DNA from: an uncultured cyanobacterium | GTDB taxonomy: Bacteria; Cyanobacteriota; Cyanobacteriia; Cyanobacteriales; CAWUOF01 | DNA length: 64,000 bases | Assembly (NCBI GenBank): GCA_963744145.1 | Contig: CAVUSO010000001.1 | Location: forward strand, 7,520,001-7,584,000 | Direction: 5' to 3' | In this document: piece after piece, positions 52,370-62,485 of the stretch | Numbering within the stretch: position 1 is the first letter of the stretch | Layout of the letters: the number at the start of each line of letters is the position of its first letter | Notes under the pieces: generated by a model | The model's database searches: none | Seen by the model: only the letters and a program-made list of their open reading frames with translations | Told to the model about the DNA's origin: nothing | Position numbers and translations under genes: made by a program

Positions 52370-52735
52370 TCACTTTGACATGGCCATATAACTCAACAAC
52401 CAATTGGCCATAGTTGCTCGCCGCGTCTGTCTCGGGCCAAATTCACCAATTTTGTAGCCTTTAAACCCTAGTTGTTCTTTTAATAATTGCTTATTCTCCG
52501 CCGGAATAGAACGGGTCAACTTCACAGTAGCAGGTCGGCTATCAATAAAATTTGGAGGTTCTGGATATTCATCTCTCCATATTGCCGCCACACCCTTACT
52601 ATCCCATTGATTCGTGTCACGATCATAGCGATAACCAAGGTAGTACCAGACTAACTCGTTGACGATCGCGTCTTCGATTTCTTCATTGATAATTGCCCAA
52701 ATAGTTGTAGTTGTTAGTGGTGGTAAATCAGACAT
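52370..52735 (-). CDS. DUF1823-like conserved protein
   Basis: LVWYYLGYRY, RPATVKLTRSIP, RRATMANWLL motifs. Confidence 0.8.
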   Translation of the reverse strand: MSDLPPLTTTTIWAIINEEIEDAIVNELVWYYLGYRYDRDTNQWDSKGVAAIWRDEYPEPPNFIDSRPATVKLTRSIPAENKQLLKEQLGFKGYKIGEFGPRQTRRATMANWLLSYMAMSK

Positions 52736-52776
52736 AATCGTTTGATTAGGTTAATTGAGATCAGGAAAAGGACTAT

Positions 52777-53367
52777 TTAATTAATCGGCGGTTGATGTAG
52801 TTTTCGATATCCACCTAAGAAAAATATCCAAACTACTAAAGTTAGCCAATGAATCACAACTGGTGGCCAAATAGAACCACTATGTAGATATATAATTGTA
52901 CAGGCAATTCCTAAAAATCCAGCTAATAATAAAAATATCGGGTTCATAAAAGTTGGACGCCCCGCGGGATAAAAAGTCAGTGCATTTAAGGGATGATAAA
53001 CTAGAAAAACAGTTAAACTCAAAATCGCCCAAGCTAATTCTTCTACTCCGGTAGGATTTTCACTCAGATGTGGTAAAAGCATCACACGAAAAAATCCTTC
53101 CTCCGCGATCGCAGTTAGTAGTAAGGTAATCGCAATAATTGGCGCTATTTTTACCCAAGAGTCGGCAAAAATCTCTCTTTGCAAAAACTGTTTTTTAGAC
53201 CCGACTAATAAGGAAATGAACATTAAGATTAATAATAATCCTAAAGTCCACCACCAGTCGGTTATACTGGGAATAGTTGTTAAACTAGCACTTAGTCTAT
53301 TGAGCATTAGCAAAGGTTTCCTAGGTCTAGTAATAATGGCTCCCGATCGCAGTTTTATGTCTACCAT
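52777..53367 (-). CDS. CPBP/Abi family intramembrane glutamic protease
   Basis: EEGFFR, FLVYH and SIWPPVVIHW motifs; alternative start at 53307. Confidence 0.85.
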   Translation of the reverse strand: MVDIKLRSGAIITRPRKPLLMLNRLSASLTTIPSITDWWWTLGLLLILMFISLLVGSKKQFLQREIFADSWVKIAPIIAITLLLTAIAEEGFFRVMLLPHLSENPTGVEELAWAILSLTVFLVYHPLNALTFYPAGRPTFMNPIFLLLAGFLGIACTIIYLHSGSIWPPVVIHWLTLVVWIFFLGGYRKLHQPPIN

Positions 53368-53662
53368 AATTTAGATCTTACCTGCTAGATTAGCCAATGC
53401 CAAATCCATCTCTACCACCAGCACAAATTCGCGCCCATATTCTCATTTCTGGAATTGTCCAAGGAGTGGTGTCTTTTTTACCAAAAAAACTTTTTCAACC
53501 AGATTAAAAACTTAAACTTGCATTTATTTTATAACTTTGTATATAATCTAGCTTAGATGAAAAGACATGAGATTCTTTAGGTCTAGCTAAGTTTTAACTA
53601 AAGGCAAGCATAAGGTCGTTAATCATTCGTCAATGTGTAAAAAATTTTAAAATACTGGGAGT

Positions 53663-54202
53663 ATGAATATGTCAGACACAAGCAATCGTGGATTTGCATC
53701 TATGGACGATAATAAACAGCGGGAAATTGCCCAAAAGGGTGGCGAAACTGTTAGTAAAGATCGGGACCACATGGCTGAAATTGGTCGCAAGGGTGGCGAA
53801 AAAGTTAGCCAAAATCGCGAACATATGGCCGAAATTGGTCGCAAGGGTGGCGAAAAAGTTAGCCAAAATCGCGAACATATGGCCGAAATTGGTCGCAAAG
53901 GTGGCGAAAAAGTTAGCCAAAATCGCGAACATATGGCCGAAATTGGTCGCAAAGGTGGCGAAAAAGTTAGCCAAAATCGCGAACATATGGCCGAAATTGG
54001 TCGCAAAGGTGGCGAGAAAGTTAGCCAAAATCGCGACCACATGGCTCAAATCGGTCGCAAAGGTGGCGAAACTGTGAGTGAAGATCGCGACCACATGGCT
54101 CAAATCGGTCGCAAAGGTGGCGAAACTGTGAGTGAAGATCGCGACCACATGGCCGAGATTGGTCGCAAAGGTGGCAAAAAAAGTAGTAAAAAAGAGCAAT
54201 AA
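53663..54202 (+). CDS. KGG-repeat general stress/desiccation protein (GsiB/YciG-like)
   Basis: RGFASMD...REIAQKGG followed by eight HMA(E/Q)IGRKGG repeats with 18-aa (54-bp) period; GGGAG RBS. Confidence 0.9.
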   Translation: MNMSDTSNRGFASMDDNKQREIAQKGGETVSKDRDHMAEIGRKGGEKVSQNREHMAEIGRKGGEKVSQNREHMAEIGRKGGEKVSQNREHMAEIGRKGGEKVSQNREHMAEIGRKGGEKVSQNRDHMAQIGRKGGETVSEDRDHMAQIGRKGGETVSEDRDHMAEIGRKGGKKSSKKEQ

Positions 54203-54251
54203 TTGGGCTGAGGGGCAATTAAGGCCATGCCCCTCGGTAACTAGATGCTAA

Positions 54252-55415
54252 TTAAATTTTAGCTACAAAATCCTGCAAATGTCCCATGCCTTTTTCGATC
54301 GTCCCTAAATCCGTCGCGTAGGATAACCGGATATGATCATCTGCACCAAAAGCAATCCCAGGAATAGCTGCTACTTGATAGGATTCTAGTAAATTACTAC
54401 AGAACTCTAGAGAAGTTAAACCAGTTTTACTAATGTTGACAAATAGATAAAAAGCACCGTCTGGTTTAGCACAAGTTAATCCAGGGATAGCTTGCAGATA
54501 TTCGAGCATTACTTGACGTCTTTTGGCAAAAGCTTGGCGCATTTCCTCAACGCAATATTGGGATGCGGTTAAAGCCGCGATCGCTCCATATTGAGCAAAA
54601 GTACAAACATTTGAGGTACTATGACCTTGGATGGTACTAGCGGCATCAATAATTTCTTTTGGTCCAGCTAAGTAACCCACCCGCCAGCCAGTCATCGAAT
54701 AAGCTTTGGCAAAGCCACTACTAATAATGGTACGTTGGAAAATTTCCTGACCGAACGAACCAATACTAATGTGTTGGCAACCGTCGTAGACAATCTTCTC
54801 ATAAATTTCGTCAGAAACAACCAAAATGTCTTTTTCGATAATTACTTTGGCTAATTCTGCTAATTCGGTAGCATTATAGACAACTCCGGTCGGATTAGAA
54901 GGTGAGTTAAGTACAAATAGACGTGTTTTGGGAGTACAAGCAGCAAGTAGTTGTTCGGCTGAGATTTTATAATTACTAGATGCGTCGGTCGGAATAATTA
55001 CTGGGACTCCTGCTGCTAGTTTGACCATTTCCGGATAGCTTAACCAGTACGGAGCAGGAATAATTACCTCATCACCTGGATCTAGCAGAGCTAGCATCAG
55101 GTTAAATAAGGAATGTTTACCACCATTGGTCACAATCACTTGTTCCGGATTGTAATCAAGCTGGTTATCCGTTTTTAACTTCTGCGCGATCGCCGATCGT
55201 AAGCCCGGTTCCCCAGCCGCTGGTCCATATCTGGTTTTACCTGTTTCTAGTGCTTTTTCCGCTGCGACTATGATATGTGTTGGAGTCGGAAAATCCGGTT
55301 CACCCGCGCTAAAACTGCAAACATTAATCCCTTCTGCTTTCATTTTTTTAGCTTTAGTATCGATCGCTAAGGTCAGCGATGGCGATACCTGACTAAGTCT
55401 TGATGCCAGTTTCAT
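54252..55415 (-). CDS. PLP-dependent class I/II aminotransferase (aspartate aminotransferase-like)
   Basis: [30 protein letters not shown] motifs. Confidence 0.93.
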   Translation of the reverse strand: MKLASRLSQVSPSLTLAIDTKAKKMKAEGINVCSFSAGEPDFPTPTHIIVAAEKALETGKTRYGPAAGEPGLRSAIAQKLKTDNQLDYNPEQVIVTNGGKHSLFNLMLALLDPGDEVIIPAPYWLSYPEMVKLAAGVPVIIPTDASSNYKISAEQLLAACTPKTRLFVLNSPSNPTGVVYNATELAELAKVIIEKDILVVSDEIYEKIVYDGCQHISIGSFGQEIFQRTIISSGFAKAYSMTGWRVGYLAGPKEIIDAASTIQGHSTSNVCTFAQYGAIAALTASQYCVEEMRQAFAKRRQVMLEYLQAIPGLTCAKPDGAFYLFVNISKTGLTSLEFCSNLLESYQVAAIPGIAFGADDHIRLSYATDLGTIEKGMGHLQDFVAKI

Positions 55416-55604
55416 GCCCACTTGTTCGAGAATATCCTAAATTTATTGCTGGTCTATTGATTATCCTACTCTAACGCTTCTAGCCAAAATGCTTATTTAA
55501 TCACCTTACATGGAAAAATCTCTGGGGCAGGATCATGGTCACGGTTTTGTCAAAATCGCTTAACATGATTAAAAAGTATTAAGTTTTATTCAGGATCAAA
55601 ACTT

Positions 55605-56528
55605 ATGAAAGTTGCCATTACTGGTGCAACCGGATTTATTGGTAGTCGTTTAGTACAAAGGTTACATACCGAAGGCGATCGCATTTTAGTCTTCACCCGT
55701 AACCAAGAAAAAGCACGCAAGTTTTTTCCCCAGCTCGCATTTCCCCACCTGGAAATCGTGGTTTATACCCCTAAACAATCGGGGGAATGGCAAAAACATC
55801 TTTCTGGTTGTGATGGAGTAGTAAATTTAGCTGGATGTCCAATTGCTGATGAACGCTGGACTCCATCACGTAAACAAGAAATTTTAACCAGTCGTCAACT
55901 AGGTACAGAAAAAATTGTGGAAGCAATTCACCTAGCTCATCCCCAACCATCAGTGTTAGTTAATGCTTCAGCGATCGGCTATTACGGTAGTAGCGAAACC
56001 CTAACTTTTGATGAAAATAGTCCTCCAGGAACTGATTTTTTAGCTGAAGTTTGTCAAACTTGGGAAAATGCAGCAGCACAGGTAAAAAATCATGGTACTA
56101 GATTAGTCATATTACGCACTGGGATCGTCTTAGGAATGGGGGGTGCGATCGCCAAAATGCTGATCCCTTTCCAACTTTTTCTGGGCGGTCCTTTCGGTAC
56201 AGGTAATCAATGGTTTAGTTGGATACACCGCGAAGATTTAGTCAATTTAATTATCTCTGCTTTGCGTGACTCCCATCTGGAAGGAGTTTTCAACGCTACC
56301 GCTCCCCACCCAATCCGGATGAGAGAATTTACTCACACATTGGGGGAAGTTTTACATCGTCCGGTTTGGTTGCCTGTGCCAGAATTTGCCCTAGAATTAT
56401 TATTGGGAGATGCAGCGCAAGTAGTTTTAGAAGGTCAGGAAGTTTTACCAAAACGCACGTTAGATTCTGGCTTTCAATATCAATATCCAACAATTAAGCC
56501 AGCCTTAACACAAATTTTGTCGGCTTAA
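55605..56528 (+). CDS. TIGR01777/YfcH-family NAD-dependent epimerase
   Basis: ITGATGFIG, VNLAG, SAIGYYG, FSWIH, FNATAP motifs. Confidence 0.9.
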   Translation: MKVAITGATGFIGSRLVQRLHTEGDRILVFTRNQEKARKFFPQLAFPHLEIVVYTPKQSGEWQKHLSGCDGVVNLAGCPIADERWTPSRKQEILTSRQLGTEKIVEAIHLAHPQPSVLVNASAIGYYGSSETLTFDENSPPGTDFLAEVCQTWENAAAQVKNHGTRLVILRTGIVLGMGGAIAKMLIPFQLFLGGPFGTGNQWFSWIHREDLVNLIISALRDSHLEGVFNATAPHPIRMREFTHTLGEVLHRPVWLPVPEFALELLLGDAAQVVLEGQEVLPKRTLDSGFQYQYPTIKPALTQILSA

Positions 56529-56541
56529 CTAAATATTCCCC

Positions 56542-56580
56542 AAAAAAAAAACCAGGCTGTACCTGAAAGTAGGACAGCCG
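56542..56580 (-). terminator. Intrinsic terminator for the small minus-strand gene
   Basis: Minus strand GGCTGTCCT...AGGTACAGCC followed by a long T tract. Confidence 0.7.
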
Positions 56581-56634
56581 ATTTAAAACTTTATCCACCA
56601 GTTAATTACACTGGGATTTGTCAAAAACCTTACT

Positions 56635-56811
56635 CTATTCATTAGTGACTTCCAAATCATCAGGGTCTACATAATGACATACTGCGTCATCCATGCAGAT
56701 CAAAGCCCATCCTGAATTATCAATCCCCATTAATTTGTAAGCAGCTTCTTGGACGAAAAAGCCTTTGTGATTACGGGTATCTGGTTTGATGTTGACTTGA
56801 TCGGTAGACAT
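56635..56811 (-). CDS. Small protein (58 aa) absent from the ORF track
   Basis: MSTDQVNIKPDTRNHKGFFVQEAAYKLMGIDNSGWALICMDDAVCHYVDPDDLEVTNE; AGGGAAGG RBS; downstream terminator. Confidence 0.72.
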   Translation of the reverse strand: MSTDQVNIKPDTRNHKGFFVQEAAYKLMGIDNSGWALICMDDAVCHYVDPDDLEVTNE

Positions 56812-57010
56812 AATGGTAACCTTCCCTGTTTACTAAGTTAGTCAATAAACTCATTAGAATTTTTTATTCCTGAGTTCATTACATCTTATCATTAGCTAGA
56901 TAAATTTAGCATTAAGTTACTTAATGAATTATTACTATTTGTTAATGATTGAAAACTTTGGTGAACAAAGGGGAGAGGTAGAGCTGTTTTATGCTATAAT
57001 AGATACCTAA

Positions 57011-57121
57011 ACCCCTTTCCTAGGAGAGAAGGGAGAGTAATTAAGATGAAAGTTTATTGAAGATTTGCTCGAAGTCATCCTGCTCCCCTCTCCTGGTAGG
57101 AGAGGGGTTGGGGGAGAGGTC
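57011..57121. repeat. CCCCTCTCC...GGAGAGGGG palindromic dispersed repeat pair
   Basis: CCCCTTTTCCTAGGAGAGAAGGG and CCCCTCTCCTGGTAGGAGAGGGGTTGGGGGAGAGG hairpins. Confidence 0.55.
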
Positions 57122-57150
57122 AAACAATTATGAAACCAACTTAATCAACT

Positions 57151-57573
57151 TCAGATTTCAAATAACCATTTTTTCACCCGTTTTAAACTATCCCAATCAG
57201 GATTGCGATCTAAACCTTCATCAATATTGTGTTTAACTTCATCTCTTAATTCCGAAGAAGCAATAATCAGTTGGATCGCTACATCAATATGAGGACGTAC
57301 TCCTTTTTGATTACATTCCAACATCGCTGCGACTAAGTTAACTCGAGCTCGGGGATCATGAGGATTTAATTTCACCGCTTTTTGCCCAGCTTTATAAGCT
57401 AAATTAGGTTGATGACTGAGGAGATAAAGCCAAGTTAGACAAGTCCAAGCACTACTATTTTTGGGAGTCCGATCGCAAATTCCCTTAAATACAGGAATCA
57501 AAGTGTCTGGTCCTTCACCAGCTTGATAGCGAGCAATACCTTCATCAAACAAAGTTTCAGCTTGTTGAGTCAT
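57151..57573 (-). CDS. TPR-like conserved protein
   Basis: AWTCLTWLYLL...AQ-type TPR pattern KAVKLNPHDPRARVNL. Confidence 0.8.
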   Translation of the reverse strand: MTQQAETLFDEGIARYQAGEGPDTLIPVFKGICDRTPKNSSAWTCLTWLYLLSHQPNLAYKAGQKAVKLNPHDPRARVNLVAAMLECNQKGVRPHIDVAIQLIIASSELRDEVKHNIDEGLDRNPDWDSLKRVKKWLFEI

Positions 57574-57674
57574 TTATTTATTGAGGAGTAAAGTGGAGAT
57601 GGAAATGGGTCATGGGTCAGAGCTGATGACCCATAGACCCATAAATACTAAGAATCAATCTTCAGGAGAAAAAA

Positions 57675-58031
57675 TTAGGCAGAAAAGGATTTACCACAGC
57701 CACAAGTTTGAGTAGCATTGGGATTAGTAAATTGGAAACCACCACCAATCATGGCGTGGCTGTAGTCCAATACCAAACCATAAAGATACAGCATACTACG
57801 GCGATCGCAAACTACTTGAAAGCCGTCATAATCAAAGACTTCATCATGTTCAGTGATATTTTTGCGATCTTCAAAATCCATCATATAGGACATTCCAGAA
57901 CAGCCACCTTGACGGACTCCGACCCGCATACAGAGGTCTTTGTCCTGACTTTTCCGCAGAAATAAAACTTGCTGTAAAGCAGATTCAGTCATCTGAATAC
58001 CGCGTTGTTGAGACTGGATTGTTTGTGTCAT
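57675..58031 (-). CDS. iscA: A-type Fe-S carrier (IscA/HesB family)
   Basis: GGCSGMSY and [14 protein letters not shown] motifs. Confidence 0.9.
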   Translation of the reverse strand: MTQTIQSQQRGIQMTESALQQVLFLRKSQDKDLCMRVGVRQGGCSGMSYMMDFEDRKNITEHDEVFDYDGFQVVCDRRSMLYLYGLVLDYSHAMIGGGFQFTNPNATQTCGCGKSFSA

Positions 58032-58392
58032 TGCCTTGTTGCTCTCTATGGTGCTAAATCAACTTGAGTATATTTGTCCATTTTAACGGGATCATCAAGT
58101 AATCGGCACAAATGTCCATTCCTCATTTAGGATGTTAGTCCTAAAAGTGTTGATCTGAATAGATGGGGGAGTGAGCAGCTACTGACGATCCGTAATATAT
58201 TCTAGCCACCAATAAAAACTGTTTGTTTGTGTAAGGATCAAAAAGCTGACTACATTTGTCTTCTATTTCCTGATCCTAAATTAATCTGATTTGAGAAAAT
58301 GACAGAAAGTCTTTAATGTTTAAGTATGTAGGGAGTGCGAATCCGTAAGCTCCTGTGTTTTTTTCTTCACTCAATTGCAATTGGCTTGGTCT

Positions 58393-60030
58393 ATGACAGT
58401 TTTCAATCGGGCTACCCGTCGTCGCTTACAACAACTCCAACAAATTCCTAGTGTCTGGGAAGGTGATCGCCGGGCCCTTGCCCCTAAGGTTATACCTAAT
58501 CCCGAAATGGACCCTGAAGCAGGGGGTGAATGTATTCTTTGGGTAGATGGATCGGAAGGTATTGTGCGAGCGATGGATATGGTGACTCCAGAAGCTGGAC
58601 CAAATGCGATCGTGCGGACTTTACTTCGGGCTATGGAGCATCCCCATAGTCCAGCTAAACCCGCTCGACCCCAAAAAATTGTCGTTCGCGATCGCGAAAT
58701 TCAATTCTTTCTGCGTGGTGTGCTTCAGGAACTAGGGATTGGAATTGATTATGTCCCAGAACTACCACTAATTGACGAAATTTTCCGAGGTTTCCAAGAA
58801 GTAGTCAATACTCGTCCTCCCCAGTTACCCCCAGCTTATGCAGACTTATTAACTGAAAATGCCTATAATATCTGGCGTGATGCTCCCTGGGAATTTCTGG
58901 ACGAACACCAAATTTTAGCGATCGAATTAAACCAGTGGGATATAGATACGATCTATGTTTCGATCATGGGAAAATTAGGGATGGAATATGGCATATTGCT
59001 TTATCGTTCCTTAGACTCCCTCAAACGCTTTCGAGCTTCAGTTTTAGCTCATGAAACTCCCCAACGGATGGAAGAAGCATTTTTACGTCAAGATTGTTTA
59101 TTTGTGACCTTTGAATCTGATAGCGATGATGATGATGATGATGATGATATTGACTTAAGTGAATTACCTCTTTCCCACATTCAACCCACTTTTGGTAATT
59201 TACATCCTTTAGAAGGACTGCGTTCTTTTCTTTATGATGAAGAAGCCATGGCAGTTCTGGTCGCACTTGATGCTTTACATCGTTTCTTTCGGACTAATTT
59301 AAAGAAACTCGCTGGCGAAAATTTTCCTAGTCTCACTAATCGTTATCGCATTTCTCTACCCCAAAATGATGAGATAGATCAGCCAGTTGCTGTGAAAATT
59401 TCTACTTTACCTGAAGTAGCTCAAGAACTGTTAGATATGATTCCGATCGATGAGGATGATGATGAGGATTATGATGAGGATGATGTACCCTTATTACGAG
59501 ATGATTTAATTCCTAAAGATTCCTTCTTTAGTTTAGGGGCAATGCCTTGGGAAAATTTAGAAATTCTCCGCACTGGAGTTGACTATCATCAACCAGTTGA
59601 TGGTGAAATACCCTGTCAAGGAGATGGTTTTCCGATTATCCTGATTCAAACATCTTTACCAAAAGCGAAAACTCTAATTCAGGAACTTCAAGAAGCTGGA
59701 GGACTTAAAGCTATTTGTTTTAATCCAGGAGAAGACCCAATTGAAGGGGAAGAATATGACCTAGGTATTTTACAAGCAGGTAATGATCAACTGTTTCTGT
59801 TTGGAGAGTTTATGGAAGATGACTCAGTTCATATTCAAGCTCGGAAAAAATGGGATCAAAGATGCAAAAAGAATAAAGGTTATTGTGGTTTAATTATTGC
59901 TAGAGGTCTTAAAGGTTCTTCTCGTGGTAATCCCCAATTACGAGATATGATGGCATTGTTTGAAACTCGTTCTATTTCCTCGAAGGAATTGGGTTTAGGA
60001 ACATTGCAATTAGTACCTACCCCACTTTGA
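58393..60030 (+). CDS. Conserved cyanobacterial hypothetical protein with acidic tracts
   Basis: VWEGDRR, CILWVDGSEG, ARPQKIVVRDRE motifs; poly-Asp stretches. Confidence 0.8.
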   Translation: MTVFNRATRRRLQQLQQIPSVWEGDRRALAPKVIPNPEMDPEAGGECILWVDGSEGIVRAMDMVTPEAGPNAIVRTLLRAMEHPHSPAKPARPQKIVVRDREIQFFLRGVLQELGIGIDYVPELPLIDEIFRGFQEVVNTRPPQLPPAYADLLTENAYNIWRDAPWEFLDEHQILAIELNQWDIDTIYVSIMGKLGMEYGILLYRSLDSLKRFRASVLAHETPQRMEEAFLRQDCLFVTFESDSDDDDDDDDIDLSELPLSHIQPTFGNLHPLEGLRSFLYDEEAMAVLVALDALHRFFRTNLKKLAGENFPSLTNRYRISLPQNDEIDQPVAVKISTLPEVAQELLDMIPIDEDDDEDYDEDDVPLLRDDLIPKDSFFSLGAMPWENLEILRTGVDYHQPVDGEIPCQGDGFPIILIQTSLPKAKTLIQELQEAGGLKAICFNPGEDPIEGEEYDLGILQAGNDQLFLFGEFMEDDSVHIQARKKWDQRCKKNKGYCGLIIARGLKGSSRGNPQLRDMMALFETRSISSKELGLGTLQLVPTPL

Positions 60031-60162
60031 TTGACTGTTGATAGTTCACTTTGGCTTTAGGGATAAAATTACCCCTGAGCAGTCAAAGTGTTGGGAAAAT
60101 GTACTGGCAATTATTTTTTGTAATCCTCATTAATTACCAATTCAGATCAATGGGCGAAATTT

Positions 60163-60732
60163 GTGAAAATCAAACTGGGGAAATATCTAACTTTAGCAGA
60201 TTTCTGTACTTGTACAAATACCTATCGTCAGTACATAGATAAAATTAACCCTTTTCCAGAAAATTTGCCAGAAACTATCCCAGCACTACTAGATTTAAAC
60301 AAATTTATAGTTGATCCAGTGATTGATTATTTTGGGATGAATAGATTTCAATTAACCTATGGGTTTTGTTCGCGGGATTTAAAGAAGTATTTAGAAAAAA
60401 AAGATCCAATTACTGGAATTAAAAATGGCAGAATTGCTCCAGCGATCGATCAGCATCTAGCATTAGAAATTAATCAAAATGGTAAATATTACTGTAACCG
60501 CTTAGGTGCTGCTTGTGACTTTTTAATCACTAATCTATCTAGTGCGGAGTTAGTTGATTGGATCATTGACGAAAAATTACCTTTTGATTCTTTATATTTT
60601 TATAGTGCCGATCGCCCGATTCATATTAGTTATGGTCAACAGCATAAACAAGATATCTGGACATTTACTCCGACTAAACTACCAACTAAAAAAGGAATTG
60701 AACGTTGGGTTGATTTAGTTAAAAAAAATTAA
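60163..60732 (+). CDS. Peptidase M15/DD-peptidase-fold-like protein
   Basis: LTYGFCS, DQH, GAACDF and PIHISY give an H...D...HxS Zn-ligand pattern. Confidence 0.65.
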   Translation: MKIKLGKYLTLADFCTCTNTYRQYIDKINPFPENLPETIPALLDLNKFIVDPVIDYFGMNRFQLTYGFCSRDLKKYLEKKDPITGIKNGRIAPAIDQHLALEINQNGKYYCNRLGAACDFLITNLSSAELVDWIIDEKLPFDSLYFYSADRPIHISYGQQHKQDIWTFTPTKLPTKKGIERWVDLVKKN

Positions 60733-60809
60733 ACTTGCCAGAGATAGATGTTTATTTTATGATAGTTATATCTAACCTGAACAAAAATAAATAACTGTTT
60801 GTTAATCAA

Positions 60810-61449
60810 ATGAATAATTCTGTCGATCGCAATTCCGTTTTATTGATTCATGGTCTCGACGATACCACGGCAATTTTTAAAAAAATGACTGCTTACTTAG
60901 TCGGATTAGGGTGGGATGTACATAGCATCAATCTCATCCCCAATAATGGTGATCAAAAACTCGATGTATTAGCAAAACAAATAGAAGATTATGCTGAACA
61001 AGTATTGGGGTCAAAACCCTATTTCGATTTAGTCGGTTTTAGTATGGGAGGTTTGGTCAGTCGTTACTATGTCCAGCGTCTCGGAGGAATTAATCGTGTC
61101 CAACGCTTGATTACGATCGCATCTCCTCACCAAGGAACTTTAGCAGCTTATCTGACTGAGCGTCCTGGTTGTGTTCAAATGCGTCCCCATAGCAATTTTC
61201 TTCAAGAATCTCAATCAAGATGTAGTCAGTATCCTAAACCAAATAAACGTTACTTCCATCTGGACACCCTTCGATCTGATGATTTTACCTGCTAATAGTT
61301 CCCATTTACCCGTCGGAAAAGAAGTCACAATTCCAGTCCCTTTTCATCCTTGGATGGTAACTGATATCAGAAGTCTAAAAGCAATTGTTGCTGCTCTGGA
61401 AGCTCCCCTACAAAAAGAATTGAGTAAAATTCATCATCAGAAAATATGA
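60810..61449 (+). CDS. Alpha/beta hydrolase (lipase/esterase), frameshifted near 61207
   Basis: LLIHG and GFSMGG motifs. Removing one A restores FLQDLNQD, matching the paralog's FLQDLNED. Confidence 0.85.
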
Positions 61450-62054
61450 CCCGCAATCCAGTTTTGTTGATTCATGGAATCTTTAGAAAATCGGGTGTTT
61501 TTCAGGTTTTGTCTGCATACTTATCTGCATTGGGATGGTCTGTTTATGCTCCTGATCTTACCCCCAATTTGGGGGAGATTGGAATTGATGAATTAGCTCA
61601 ACAACTTGCAGATTATATCGATCAAACTTTTGCTCAAGATCAAAAATTGAATCTAGTTGGTTTGAGTATGGGAGGATTGGTAAGTCGTTACTATATTCAG
61701 CGTTTGGGTGGGATTGATCGGGTTGAGCGTTTAATTACCATATCATCCCCTCATCAGGGGACAATTATGGCTTATTTACTGAGTGGGATTGGTTATGTGC
61801 AGATGCGTCCTGGTAGTAGTTTTCTGCAAGACTTAAATGAGGATGTGACGATCCTGACACAAATCGATTTTACCTCAATCTGGACAACTTGGGATTTTAT
61901 TATTGTCCCAGCTAATAGCTCCCAAATTGCCCAAGGTAAAGATCTACAAGTAGAAGTTTTTGCTCATGCTTGTATGGTTAACCATCCCCAAAGCTTACAA
62001 GCGATCGCATCTGTACTATCCACACCGATTAGAGTTTATCCCCAACCTGAGTAA
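61446..62054 (+). CDS. Alpha/beta hydrolase (lipase/esterase), tandem paralog
   Basis: PVLLIHG, GLSMGG, SPHQGT motifs. Confidence 0.9.
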   Translation: MTRNPVLLIHGIFRKSGVFQVLSAYLSALGWSVYAPDLTPNLGEIGIDELAQQLADYIDQTFAQDQKLNLVGLSMGGLVSRYYIQRLGGIDRVERLITISSPHQGTIMAYLLSGIGYVQMRPGSSFLQDLNEDVTILTQIDFTSIWTTWDFIIVPANSSQIAQGKDLQVEVFAHACMVNHPQSLQAIASVLSTPIRVYPQPE

Positions 62055-62460
62055 ATTCCCGATCGCCAAAAATTGCCTGGGGATGACAGTAATATTTAAA
62101 CTCTAGTAAATTAGAAAAAGGATCTTCTAAAAAGAAGGTGCGATGTTCACTAATTTGACCTTCAAACCGACGGTAAGCTGGTAATCGAAAGGATAATTGG
62201 TGTTGTTGGGATCTAGCTAGAATTGCTTCCCAATCAGCTTCGGAGGTAAAGATTAAACCAAAGTGTCGGGGATAGATAGTTTTTTGGGGTGTCAAGGGCT
62301 CGTCCGTGAGATGAGCGACGATTTGATGTCCGTAAAGGTTCAAAATTACGGAAGTAGGAGATTCTCGACCAATTTCACATCCTAAAGCATCCCCATAAAA
62401 TGCTTTAGTTTGGGCAATATTGGTAACAGGGAAGGCAAGATGGAATAAGACTTGGCTCAT
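62029..62460 (-). CDS. VOC/glyoxalase family protein
   Basis: FHLAFPV, GHQIVAH, RHFG, DPFSNLLEFK motifs. Confidence 0.9.
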   Translation of the reverse strand: MSQVLFHLAFPVTNIAQTKAFYGDALGCEIGRESPTSVILNLYGHQIVAHLTDEPLTPQKTIYPRHFGLIFTSEADWEAILARSQQHQLSFRLPAYRRFEGQISEHRTFFLEDPFSNLLEFKYYCHPQAIFGDREFTQVGDKL

Positions 62461-62485
62461 AATTAAGATTAAGGTAGTAATAAAA

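Noticed and set aside
53647..54218. Alternative-frame and antisense repeat ORFs
   Set aside because: Shadows of the 54-bp KGG repeat gene.
59021..59266. Poly-His ORF
   Set aside because: Antisense of the GAT (poly-Asp) tract in the 58393-60030 gene.
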